A DNA stretch of 64,000 nucleotides from the NCBI GenBank assembly GCA_001821395.1, contig MHLM01000001.1, positions 32,001 to 96,000 of the forward strand, read 5' to 3'. A model generated the notes under the pieces. It had not been told where the DNA came from. It did no database searches and saw only the letters and a list, made by a program, of their open reading frames with translations. A program made the translations under genes and the position numbers. Positions 29,263 through 37,939 of the stretch are shown here, piece after piece. Origin of the DNA: Candidatus Lloydbacteria bacterium RIFCSPHIGHO2_02_FULL_50_18. Lineage in GTDB: Bacteria; Patescibacteriota; Minisyncoccia; Phycocordibacterales; UBA6899. The stretch's first letter is position 1. The number at the start of each line of letters is the position of its first letter.

Positions 29263-30339
29263 ATGGCAAAAGACTATTACGAAATATTGGGTGTAGGGAA
29301 GACCGCCACGAAGGAAGAGCTGAAAAAGGCTTTTCACAAACTCGCGCATAAATATCATCCCGATAAAGCCGGTGGCAATGAAGCAAAGTTCAAAGAAATG
29401 AACGAGGCATATCAAGTGCTCTCCGACGAGTCAAAACGCAGTCAGTACGATCAGTATGGGAGCGCATCTTTCGATGGCGGAGGCCCACCTCCAGGAAGCG
29501 GATTTAGCGGGCAAGGGTACGGAGGCGGCGGATTCGAGGGGGTTGATCTCGGTGATATCTTCAATGACTTCTTCGGTGCGGGGTTCAACGGAGGTAGCGG
29601 GCAGCGCGTCGAACGCGGTCGGGATATTTCTGTTGATATAGAGATCTCATTTGAAGAAAGTATTTTTGGCACTAAACGCAAAGTGCTTCTCGGTAAAACC
29701 TCAACATGCGACATGTGCCATGGATCGGGCGCAAAACCAGGTACGAAGCTTAAGAAATGCGTAACGTGCAGCGGAAAAGGACGCGTCAATGAATTGCGAA
29801 AATCATTTCTTGGTACGTTCTCTACCGTAACAACCTGCAATGTCTGTAAAGGTATTGGAGAGATTCCCGAGGAGAAGTGTAAGTCATGCTCCGGATTGGG
29901 CGTGGTAAAAAAACAGGAAGAGATCGAGATCAATGTCCCCGTCGGTATCAATGCCGGCGAAATGCTTCGCATGAGCGGAAAGGGTGAGGCGGTCTCACGT
30001 GGAATTGCCGGGGACCTCTACATCAAAGTACACGTGAAGCCGCATGCACTCTATCATCGTGAAGGGAATAATTTGGTGATGGATCTTGATGTGAAACTCT
30101 CGGATGCACTTCTTGGTGCAACATACAAGATCACGGCGCTTGACGGGAAGCAGCTTGATGTGAAAATTCCGGAGGGCGTGAAATTCGGTGACACACTTCG
30201 GCTTAAGGAAAAAGGGATAGCGAATTCCGGCCGCGGCAGAACGGGCGATATTCTCATTCACGTGAACATCAAGACCCCCACCCGCCTTTCAAGTAAAGCA
30301 AAGAAACTCATTGAAGAATTGAAACAAGAGGGGGTATAA
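29263..30339 (+). CDS. dnaJ: Chaperone DnaJ
   Basis: J-domain with HPD, a G/F-rich linker, and four CxxCxGxG zinc-finger repeats. Confidence 0.95.
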   Translation: MAKDYYEILGVGKTATKEELKKAFHKLAHKYHPDKAGGNEAKFKEMNEAYQVLSDESKRSQYDQYGSASFDGGGPPPGSGFSGQGYGGGGFEGVDLGDIFNDFFGAGFNGGSGQRVERGRDISVDIEISFEESIFGTKRKVLLGKTSTCDMCHGSGAKPGTKLKKCVTCSGKGRVNELRKSFLGTFSTVTTCNVCKGIGEIPEEKCKSCSGLGVVKKQEEIEINVPVGINAGEMLRMSGKGEAVSRGIAGDLYIKVHVKPHALYHREGNNLVMDLDVKLSDALLGATYKITALDGKQLDVKIPEGVKFGDTLRLKEKGIANSGRGRTGDILIHVNIKTPTRLSSKAKKLIEELKQEGV

Positions 30340-30357
30340 TTGGTGTCTCTCAGTTGC

Positions 30358-31434
30358 ATGCCCAGAAAGATCATGACTACAAATATTCAAATCCTTCGCG
30401 ACGAAAATCTATCGGTATATCCTGAGTTCGATCAACATCGAAGAGTGGTCCGTTTTGAAGATTCGACATCCGGTCTTGTGGGATTCATTGCTATTCATCG
30501 CGAGCGTGGACCGCTTTCGACGGGCGGAACGCGATATGTGTCATATCCGAATGAGGCAGATGCGATCCGTGATGCCTTACGCCTCTCTCGTGCGATGACC
30601 GCAAAATGTGTCGTATCGGGATTACCCTATGGGGGTGCAAAGGGGGTGATCATGGCAAGACAGGGTGGAATACAGAAATCCAAAGAGCTCCTTGCTGCAT
30701 ACGCCGGCGTCGTTGAATCCTTAGGCGGAGCATTTCGTACGGGTGAAGATGTGGGAATGACCGAGCAAGACGTACAGATCCTGCTTTCCCATTCGAATTT
30801 TTTCAATGGAAAAAGCGATATCGCCGGAGACCCGTCTCCGTTTGCAGCTGAAAGCGTCGCCCTTGTGATGGATCGTATCTCCCAACTGCATCTCGGCGTA
30901 TCGCCCGAAAAGCTTCGCATAGCGGTGAAAGGGATCGGTAAGGTCGGCGGGGCGCTCGTGAAGATTCTTGCCGCTCAGGGTGCGAATGTCAGCATTGCCG
31001 ATGTGAACAAGGATGCGCTAGAGCAGGTCCGAGGTCTCTATCCCGCTATTGCTGAGATCTCTCCGGAAGAGATTGCGTTCACTGATTCAGATATTTATGC
31101 GCCGTGCGCGCTCGGAAATGAGGTGAATGAAGGAACCATCGATCGTTTTCAAGCGAAGATGCTCTGTGGCGGAGCGAATAATCAGCTGGCCGATCCGCGA
31201 TTCGCAAAGATCCTTGAGTCACACAACATCCTATATGTTCCCGATTATCTTGCAAATGCCGGCGGGCTGATCAACGTTTCGGACGAGCTTGAGCCTGACG
31301 GCTATCATCGCAACCGCGTTACGGAACGTATAAACGCGATCGGCACACTCGCCGAAAAGCTCTATCTCTCTTCTCGTAACAATACGCGGACATTCCTCGA
31401 AGAGGTTGAAGAATATGTACGCGCAAATGTATAA
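30358..31434 (+). CDS. Glu/Leu/Phe/Val dehydrogenase-family amino-acid dehydrogenase (leucine/phenylalanine dehydrogenase-like)
   Basis: Catalytic-lysine motif GLPYGGAKGVI and an N-terminal substrate domain (GFIAIHRERGPLSTGGTRYVSY). About 358 aa, like LeuDH/PheDH. It starts 16 nt after the dnaJ stop. Confidence 0.8.
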   Translation: MPRKIMTTNIQILRDENLSVYPEFDQHRRVVRFEDSTSGLVGFIAIHRERGPLSTGGTRYVSYPNEADAIRDALRLSRAMTAKCVVSGLPYGGAKGVIMARQGGIQKSKELLAAYAGVVESLGGAFRTGEDVGMTEQDVQILLSHSNFFNGKSDIAGDPSPFAAESVALVMDRISQLHLGVSPEKLRIAVKGIGKVGGALVKILAAQGANVSIADVNKDALEQVRGLYPAIAEISPEEIAFTDSDIYAPCALGNEVNEGTIDRFQAKMLCGGANNQLADPRFAKILESHNILYVPDYLANAGGLINVSDELEPDGYHRNRVTERINAIGTLAEKLYLSSRNNTRTFLEEVEEYVRANV

Positions 31435-31437
31435 GAG

Positions 31438-32463
31438 ATGAATTTTCATATGGCACAAAAGATGAACACCGCGGAATTCCCCGATCTCGGCACATTGGAA
31501 GAGCAGGTACTGTTTGCATCGCATTATGCCGTTCGCGCTCCATCGACTCACAATTCGCAACCCTGGCTTTTCCGGATCGGGGCTAATACCGTCGAGGTCC
31601 ACGCAGACTGGGCAAAGAAATTACCCTATGGCGACAAGGACGGCAGAGATATGTGCATCAGCGTCGGCGCATGCATTGAACATACAAGGGTGGCATTCTC
31701 ATATTTTGGGATGCTTGAGGGTCTTGTCGTAAATGAAGCGGTCGTGCTTTCGGATAAAAAGCCGATCGCGATATTCATGGTCCATCGCTCGACGGGGACA
31801 GACGAGACATTGCTTCAGACCATATGTGCGATCGAAGGTCGCTTCAACGCACGAGGACCATTCCTCAAAAAAGAGATCCCCCACGCATTGTTACGCGGCA
31901 TTGAGGAGGCGAGCGAGCCGGGTATATCTTTTGCGATACTTACCGAACATGCGGACATAATGAGATTCGCAGACCTTACTGGAGAGGGAATGCGGGTGGC
32001 ACATCGTGTGCCTGAGTTTCGGGGCGAGATCGCAAAGTGGATGATCAATAATTACTCAAAGAAAAAGGAGGGTATACCCGGGTATACGATGCTTGCCCCG
32101 GGACTGCTATCGCTTATTCTTCCCTCACTCATCGGGAGATTCAACCTCGGGGGAGTTCTCTCAAAGCTCAACCATCTTTCCATTGCTTCTTCGTCAGGAG
32201 TGATCATATTTTCCTCTAAAGACTCACCAAGCAGCTGGGTGCATGTGGGGATGCTATTTGCGAGAATGTCGCTTTCACTCAACGTCGAAAACATTCGCAC
32301 CTCGGTCTATGTTGCCTCGATCGAAATGCCCGACATACGCAGTCGGTTAAAGGAGCTCTTGCCGACCGATGAAATGCCACAATTTGCTTGTGCGTTCGGT
32401 TATCCGAAAGTTACCCTGCGCCAATCTCCTCGCCATGAACCTAAGGATCGTATGATACAATAG
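31438..32463 (+). CDS. Nitroreductase-superfamily protein, probably of the Acg-like 340-aa type (putative FMN-dependent oxidoreductase)
   Basis: RAPSTHNSQPWLF motif and a conserved C-terminal region (…FACAFGYPK). It lies 3 nt after the dehydrogenase gene. Confidence 0.7.
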   Translation: MNFHMAQKMNTAEFPDLGTLEEQVLFASHYAVRAPSTHNSQPWLFRIGANTVEVHADWAKKLPYGDKDGRDMCISVGACIEHTRVAFSYFGMLEGLVVNEAVVLSDKKPIAIFMVHRSTGTDETLLQTICAIEGRFNARGPFLKKEIPHALLRGIEEASEPGISFAILTEHADIMRFADLTGEGMRVAHRVPEFRGEIAKWMINNYSKKKEGIPGYTMLAPGLLSLILPSLIGRFNLGGVLSKLNHLSIASSSGVIIFSSKDSPSSWVHVGMLFARMSLSLNVENIRTSVYVASIEMPDIRSRLKELLPTDEMPQFACAFGYPKVTLRQSPRHEPKDRMIQ

Positions 32464-32468
32464 TTACG

Positions 32469-33542
32469 ATGAATTCACTCTCATTCGACAACCGGACATA
32501 TACGCCGATCATCTTTTCAGGCATTGATGCAGGATCTGAATTTTTGCTGTTTCGCACGCAATGGGAAAAGGCGAATGGCGCCCTTATCATCGTTGATGAT
32601 GAAAAAGAACAAGCAAAAGAATACGGATTGCTGAGAGATCCCTCACTACTTAAATCCGGCACCGAGCCGGAGAGCGACTCTACGCTCGAATTTATTTGGA
32701 TCGTCATTCCTTGGAGAAAAACAGCAGTTCGGACACTCGCCAAAGATGCCTACCGATCACTTCGCTCCTCACGCAATCACGATCTGCTCACAAAGGATGA
32801 GGCGAGTATTCTCTCAAAAAAAAGAATAGGCATTGCAGGACTCAACGTCGGCAACCCCGCGGCAATATGCCTTGCACAGGAGGGCATCGGTTCATATTTA
32901 CGCATGGCGGACAATGACACACTTTCTCTTTCGAATCTTAATCGTTTTCGCGCGAGTATCGCAGATCTTGGTGTGAATAAGGCCGTACTTTCAGCTCGTC
33001 AGGCATACGAGATAGATCCTTTTCTCGAGATCGATGTTTGGGAGAACGGCGTAAGTCCTGAGAGCTTGTCCGAGTTCGTTAAGGGCATTGACCTCCTCAT
33101 TGAGGAGATGGACGCACCACCACTGAAGTTGGCGATACGGGAGGAAGCAAAGAGGCAACACGTCCCCACCATTATGATAACCGGCAATGGGCATGATATC
33201 ATCCTCGACATAGAACGTTTTGATACAGATCACGATCTACCACTTCTCTCGGGGAAGCTTACGAACGAAGTAAAGAGGCAGATAGCGCAGGGTCCAAAGA
33301 ACTTCAAAGAAAAGGTTGCGCTCGCTCAAGATTTTATGGGCAAAGAATATCTTTGCGAACGACTGAACTCCTCATTCCAGGAAGTAGGGGAGACGCTCAT
33401 CGGTATTCCCCAACTTGCGGAGGCTTCATTCCTACGCGGTGCCGTTCTCGCTCACGCATGTCGAGGCATCTTGCTCGGTGAGGAGGTCAAGAGCGGGAGG
33501 TATGCGTTCGGTTTGAGCGACCTTTATAATAAGCCCGTGTAA
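32469..33542 (+). CDS. ThiF/MoeB/HesA-family E1-like adenylyltransferase with a roughly 115-aa N-terminal extension
   Basis: Rossmann segment IGIAGLNVGNPAAICLAQEGIG…MADNDTLSLSNLNR. There is no C-terminal CxxC zinc motif. Confidence 0.75.
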   Translation: MNSLSFDNRTYTPIIFSGIDAGSEFLLFRTQWEKANGALIIVDDEKEQAKEYGLLRDPSLLKSGTEPESDSTLEFIWIVIPWRKTAVRTLAKDAYRSLRSSRNHDLLTKDEASILSKKRIGIAGLNVGNPAAICLAQEGIGSYLRMADNDTLSLSNLNRFRASIADLGVNKAVLSARQAYEIDPFLEIDVWENGVSPESLSEFVKGIDLLIEEMDAPPLKLAIREEAKRQHVPTIMITGNGHDIILDIERFDTDHDLPLLSGKLTNEVKRQIAQGPKNFKEKVALAQDFMGKEYLCERLNSSFQEVGETLIGIPQLAEASFLRGAVLAHACRGILLGEEVKSGRYAFGLSDLYNKPV

Positions 33543-33544
33543 AT

Positions 33545-35035
33545 ATGTCTGATTCTTTCAAGGATACTCTCTGTGCGCTTCATAATAGACCCGAGACTGA
33601 GTGGCAGCGACGTGGTGATGCGTTCATGCTGAAACTCTTTCGCGATACCGCAAAGAACGTTCCGGCATATAAAGCATTCTTACGATCACACGGCGTAACC
33701 CCTGGCTCCATCCGAGACATCGCCACATTCAAAAAAGAGATACCGCTCGTAAGTAAGGAGAATTATTTAAAGGTCTACCCGCTCAATGAACTGCTTCCCG
33801 CCGGCGATATCGCAGGTGCACAGATGATATCAACGAGTTCAGGGTCGTCCGGCATACCATTCTATTGGCCGCGCAGCACGCACAACATCGACGAGGCGGC
33901 GCTCATTCACGAACTATTTCTTGTCGACATATTTCACATCAACAAAAAGCGCACGCTTCTTGTGAACACCTTCGCGATGGGCATGTGGGTTGCCGGAACA
34001 ACGACATTTGAATCAGTTTCGCGCATTGCAGATAAATACCGCATAACCATGGTGACGCCGGGCATCGATATGGAGCAGATACTCACTACGATCAATGCAT
34101 TGGGAAAATATTACGAGCAGATCATCATTGCGGGCTATCCTCCCTTTGTAAAAGATATCATTGATATCGGCAAAGAACGCGGGATCAAATGGCAGAAACT
34201 TAATGTACGATTTCTTTTTGCCGCAGAATCATTTAGCGAAGATTGGCGCGAGCATATGCATAAACTGGTCGGCTGCAAGGATCCGTTATCGGGATCGATC
34301 AATATTTACGGCACCGCAGATGCTCTTTTGGTGGCGCACGAAACGCCGCTTTCAATACTCATTCGCAAGCTCGCAACAAAGAGCGGGCGTCTTCACAAGA
34401 AACTCTTCGGCCCCGATCTGCGTATTCCTACATTGGCGCAATGGAATCCCTCGATGCGCTATTTTGAAGAACTTCCGGACGCAAAGATCATTTTCTCCGC
34501 AAACAGCGGTATACCGCTCATTCGTTATGACATTGGGGATACAGGAAATATTCTACACATCAAGGAAACAGCTGACCTTCTTCGATCAGAAGGTGTCGAC
34601 TTAAAACACGAGGCGAAAGTTCACAATATTTCAAGGACGTTGTGGAATTTACCCATATTGACGATCTATGGTCGTGATCGCATGACCGCATCACTCTACG
34701 GTCTCAAAATCTATCCCGAGCACGTGCGTGGTGCACTCGAAGGCAAGACCGGAAGCAAGTATGCAACGGGGCGGTTCGTGATGACCACAAAACTTGATGC
34801 TGACCGGAACCAATACCTTGAGATACATATTGAGCTTCATTCAAAGATACAAAGCAATAAGAAGATCATCGAACATTTGCAGATGATCATGTTGAAACAA
34901 TTACGAGCCGTCAATAGCGAGTTTAAGCGGCTACACGAATCACTTGGTGAGCGTGCAGTACCCAAGATAGTCCTGCATCAAAATCAGACATCATCATTAT
35001 TCAGCCGCAAAGGGAAGCAGGTTTGGAAAGGCTAA
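33545..35035 (+). CDS. PaaK / coenzyme F390 synthetase / CapK-like adenylate-forming enzyme (ANL superfamily)
   Basis: N-terminal PaaK-like region (VPAYKAFLRSHGVTPGSIRDIATFKKEIPLVSKENYLKVYP…ISTSSGSSGIPFYWPRS, a P-loop analogue of SSGTTGKP). 496 aa. Confidence 0.7.
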   Translation: MSDSFKDTLCALHNRPETEWQRRGDAFMLKLFRDTAKNVPAYKAFLRSHGVTPGSIRDIATFKKEIPLVSKENYLKVYPLNELLPAGDIAGAQMISTSSGSSGIPFYWPRSTHNIDEAALIHELFLVDIFHINKKRTLLVNTFAMGMWVAGTTTFESVSRIADKYRITMVTPGIDMEQILTTINALGKYYEQIIIAGYPPFVKDIIDIGKERGIKWQKLNVRFLFAAESFSEDWREHMHKLVGCKDPLSGSINIYGTADALLVAHETPLSILIRKLATKSGRLHKKLFGPDLRIPTLAQWNPSMRYFEELPDAKIIFSANSGIPLIRYDIGDTGNILHIKETADLLRSEGVDLKHEAKVHNISRTLWNLPILTIYGRDRMTASLYGLKIYPEHVRGALEGKTGSKYATGRFVMTTKLDADRNQYLEIHIELHSKIQSNKKIIEHLQMIMLKQLRAVNSEFKRLHESLGERAVPKIVLHQNQTSSLFSRKGKQVWKG

Positions 35036-35044
35036 CGGCAATAC

Positions 35045-36670
35045 ATGTTATCTCTTACCATTGCCATCATCATATTGAACCTTTCTCTCGGACTAGCAAT
35101 TCTCGTCCAATCTAAGAGGGGTGTCGACGCGGGTGTTTTCTTTTTGATCACGCTGGCATTTTCCGCACTTACTATCGCAAATTATCTCTCACTTACCACC
35201 GATCCCAACGTCGCACTGTATTGGGTTCGCGCGGAGATGTTTATCGCCGCATGGCATACGTTCCTCTTCTTTGTCTTTGTCCACGCATTTGCAAAAAGTC
35301 ACTTTGAATATTCTCTCAAACACAGCCTCATCTTTACGGTACCATTCATCATCATCCTGGTGATCTCTGTCTCGCCCTACCTCTTTTCAGCCGTTGCCCT
35401 CAATAAGAACGGGCTCGTAGAGACGATCCCGGGGAATCTTTTCCCCGTCTTTGCCCTCTGGCTTCTGGGAACAATGTTCCTTTCAATGCGGCGTGTCGTC
35501 ATAAATTTCCGGTCAAGTACTGGTACATTGCGCTCGCAGTGGAAATATCTGCTCATTGGTTCGTGCTCGACCTACCTCTTGCTTATTATTTTCAACTTCA
35601 TTTTGGGGGGTTTTCTGCAAAACACAAGATTCCTTGCATACACTCCGATATTCTCCTTGCCTATTCTCTTTGCGACGGCATACGCGATCGTCAAACATAA
35701 CCTTTTTGATATTAAGGTTCTTGCGACTCAGGCATTCGTCACGATCATTTCGATCTTTTACCTCGTGAGAATCGTCGTTGCAACAACAATGACCGATCGC
35801 GTGATCGGCGGAGTGATCTTTGTCACAACGGTATTCTTTGGCTTCCTGCTCATTCGGAGTGTCAAAGAAGAGATTCGAGCGCGTGAAAAGATTGCACTTA
35901 TGGCGAAGAGCCTCACTGATACAAATTGGGAGTTGGCAAAATCGAACGAGCAGCTTCGCATCATCGACAAGCGCAAGAGCGAGTTTGTTTCCATCGTCTC
36001 ACATCAGTTGCGCACCCCGATCACTGCCATGAAGGGCTACTCATCGCTCCTTCTTGAGGATTCCTACGGACCCATCACCGATGCAGTTCGCGCTCCGATA
36101 GAAAAAATATTCGTGTCGTCAAAACGTCTCGCAGAGATGGTGACCGACTTCTTGAACATCTCGAAGATCGAACAAGGAACAATGACCTACACGTTGACCC
36201 CGGTTGATGTTGGTACAATGATCACGGATCTCACCGAAGAATTTATCCCCGTGGCGCGTCTCAAGAACATTAGACTGCAGGCTGATGTTCCGACCAGTGA
36301 GAAGTTCATCGTGAATGCTGACGATGGAAAACTTCGCCAAGTACTGTCAAATCTTATTGATAATTCGATCAAATATACACCGCAAGGCGGAGTAGACATT
36401 TCTGTTGAAACGTTGCTCGAGCGCGACCTTATCCTCATTAAGATCAAAGACACGGGTATCGGGCTTTCCCAAGAGGACATCCACCATCTCTTCGGTAAAT
36501 TTACCCGCGGTTCGGAAGGACAGCGGCACAACACTGATGGATCAGGGCTCGGTCTCTATGTAGCAAAGAAAATGCTCGAAGCACAAGGAGGAAATGTCTG
36601 GGTGGATTCAGAAGGCCCCGGCAAAGGTTCAACGTTCATCATTGAACTCCACAAGGAAGGAGAAAATTAA
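35045..36670 (+). CDS. Sensor histidine kinase with a multi-TM (7TMR-like) N-terminal sensor; no response regulator is adjacent
   Basis: Six to seven TM helices, HisKA (FVSIVSHQLRTPITAMKGY) and HATPase_c (IKDTGIGLS…GSGLGLYVAKK) motifs. Confidence 0.85.
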   Translation: MLSLTIAIIILNLSLGLAILVQSKRGVDAGVFFLITLAFSALTIANYLSLTTDPNVALYWVRAEMFIAAWHTFLFFVFVHAFAKSHFEYSLKHSLIFTVPFIIILVISVSPYLFSAVALNKNGLVETIPGNLFPVFALWLLGTMFLSMRRVVINFRSSTGTLRSQWKYLLIGSCSTYLLLIIFNFILGGFLQNTRFLAYTPIFSLPILFATAYAIVKHNLFDIKVLATQAFVTIISIFYLVRIVVATTMTDRVIGGVIFVTTVFFGFLLIRSVKEEIRAREKIALMAKSLTDTNWELAKSNEQLRIIDKRKSEFVSIVSHQLRTPITAMKGYSSLLLEDSYGPITDAVRAPIEKIFVSSKRLAEMVTDFLNISKIEQGTMTYTLTPVDVGTMITDLTEEFIPVARLKNIRLQADVPTSEKFIVNADDGKLRQVLSNLIDNSIKYTPQGGVDISVETLLERDLILIKIKDTGIGLSQEDIHHLFGKFTRGSEGQRHNTDGSGLGLYVAKKMLEAQGGNVWVDSEGPGKGSTFIIELHKEGEN

Positions 36671-36715
36671 TATGGGCTATTCCTATGCCTCTATTTCTGC
36701 TAAAATTGCCCCAAT

Positions 36716-37759
36716 ATGAGAAATACTGAGGATCGAGTACTGACGGGGGATAGACCGACCGGAAAGCTTCATTTGGGGCATTTTGCGGGCTCGATACAAA
36801 ATCGACTAAAGATCCAGAACGGTGAGCTCAAGTTCAAAAATCCAATTGAGCAAATTTTCTATATGGTGGCGGACGTGCAGGCACTCACTGACAATGCAGA
36901 CAACCCAGAAAAGGTGCGCTCATCGGTTCTTGAAGTGGCGCTCGACAATCTCGCATGCGGGATGAACCCCAAAAAAACAACGATGTTTATCCAGTCGCAG
37001 GTACCCGAGATTGCCGAACTCACTATTTTTTTTCTCAACCTAGTAACAGTATCTCGCCTCAAGCAAAATCCAACCGTAAAGACAGAGATCAAACAGAAGG
37101 GTTTTGGTGAGAACGTTCCGGCGGGATTTCTTGCATACCCAGTCTCTCAGGCGGCTGATATTCTTACCTTTAAAGCGAATCTCATCCCGGTAGGAGAAGA
37201 TCAGAAGCCAGTCATCGAGCAGGCTAATGAATTGGGTGCTAAATTTAACTCAATGTATGGAGAAACATTTTCTTATATCACCCCGCTGCTACCTCCAAAG
37301 AATTCACCGGAATCTCGCATGCCAGGGATCGATGGCAAGGCAAAGATGTCAAAATCATTGGGGAATGCGATCTTTCTCGCTGATTCGGAAAAAGAGATCG
37401 AACAGAAGGTCATGCAAATGTATACCGACCCGAGCCATATCCATCTCGCAGATCCGGGTGAGGTCAAAGGAAATGTTGTCTTCACCTATCTTGATGTATT
37501 CGATCCAAAGAAAAAGGAGGTTGCGGAGTTAAAAAAACAGTATAAAAAAGGAGGGCTTGGCGACGTCGTGCTGAAAAAACGCCTTGCGGCCGTACTGAAC
37601 GAGATGCTCATGCCCATCCGAGAACGACGTGAGGAGCTTGCACGCAATCCAAAGCATATTATGGACATCCTTGAGGCGGGAACAAAAGAAGCACGTCATA
37701 CCGCAAAAGCTACTCTCGCCGAAGTTCGCGAACATATGAAGATCGATTATTTCGGGTAG
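36716..37759 (+). CDS. trpS: Tryptophanyl-tRNA synthetase
   Basis: HIGH-like motif (GDRPTGKLHLGHFAGS) and KMSKSLGN. 347 aa. Confidence 0.9.
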   Translation: MRNTEDRVLTGDRPTGKLHLGHFAGSIQNRLKIQNGELKFKNPIEQIFYMVADVQALTDNADNPEKVRSSVLEVALDNLACGMNPKKTTMFIQSQVPEIAELTIFFLNLVTVSRLKQNPTVKTEIKQKGFGENVPAGFLAYPVSQAADILTFKANLIPVGEDQKPVIEQANELGAKFNSMYGETFSYITPLLPPKNSPESRMPGIDGKAKMSKSLGNAIFLADSEKEIEQKVMQMYTDPSHIHLADPGEVKGNVVFTYLDVFDPKKKEVAELKKQYKKGGLGDVVLKKRLAAVLNEMLMPIRERREELARNPKHIMDILEAGTKEARHTAKATLAEVREHMKIDYFG

Positions 37760-37789
37760 CCGAAAATGATCTTGTTCAAAAATATAAAA

Positions 37790-37812
37790 CCCCACATTGT
37801 GTGGAGATTTTT
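37790..37812 (+). terminator. Probable terminator after trpS
   Basis: Short hairpin ccaca-ttg-tgtgg followed by agattttt. Confidence 0.5.
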
Positions 37813-37939
37813 CGATTCATTTCGACAGATTTATCTGAAAAAATGCTACCATTGCGAATAGCAGTCATCCATGGGGTACCTGAGACGAATATCTGTGATG
37901 ACTTTGCATATAACCGATAATTCGCTACTATAGAACATT

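Noticed and set aside
33545-35035. Assigning the PaaK-like enzyme to the GH3 acyl-acid amido synthetase family
   Set aside because: The N-terminal region aligns better by eye with the PaaK/F390-synthetase pattern (…K.dlrd.YP…SSGTTGKP) than with GH3. Both belong to the ANL superfamily, so the general call stands, but the GH3 subfamily is not asserted.
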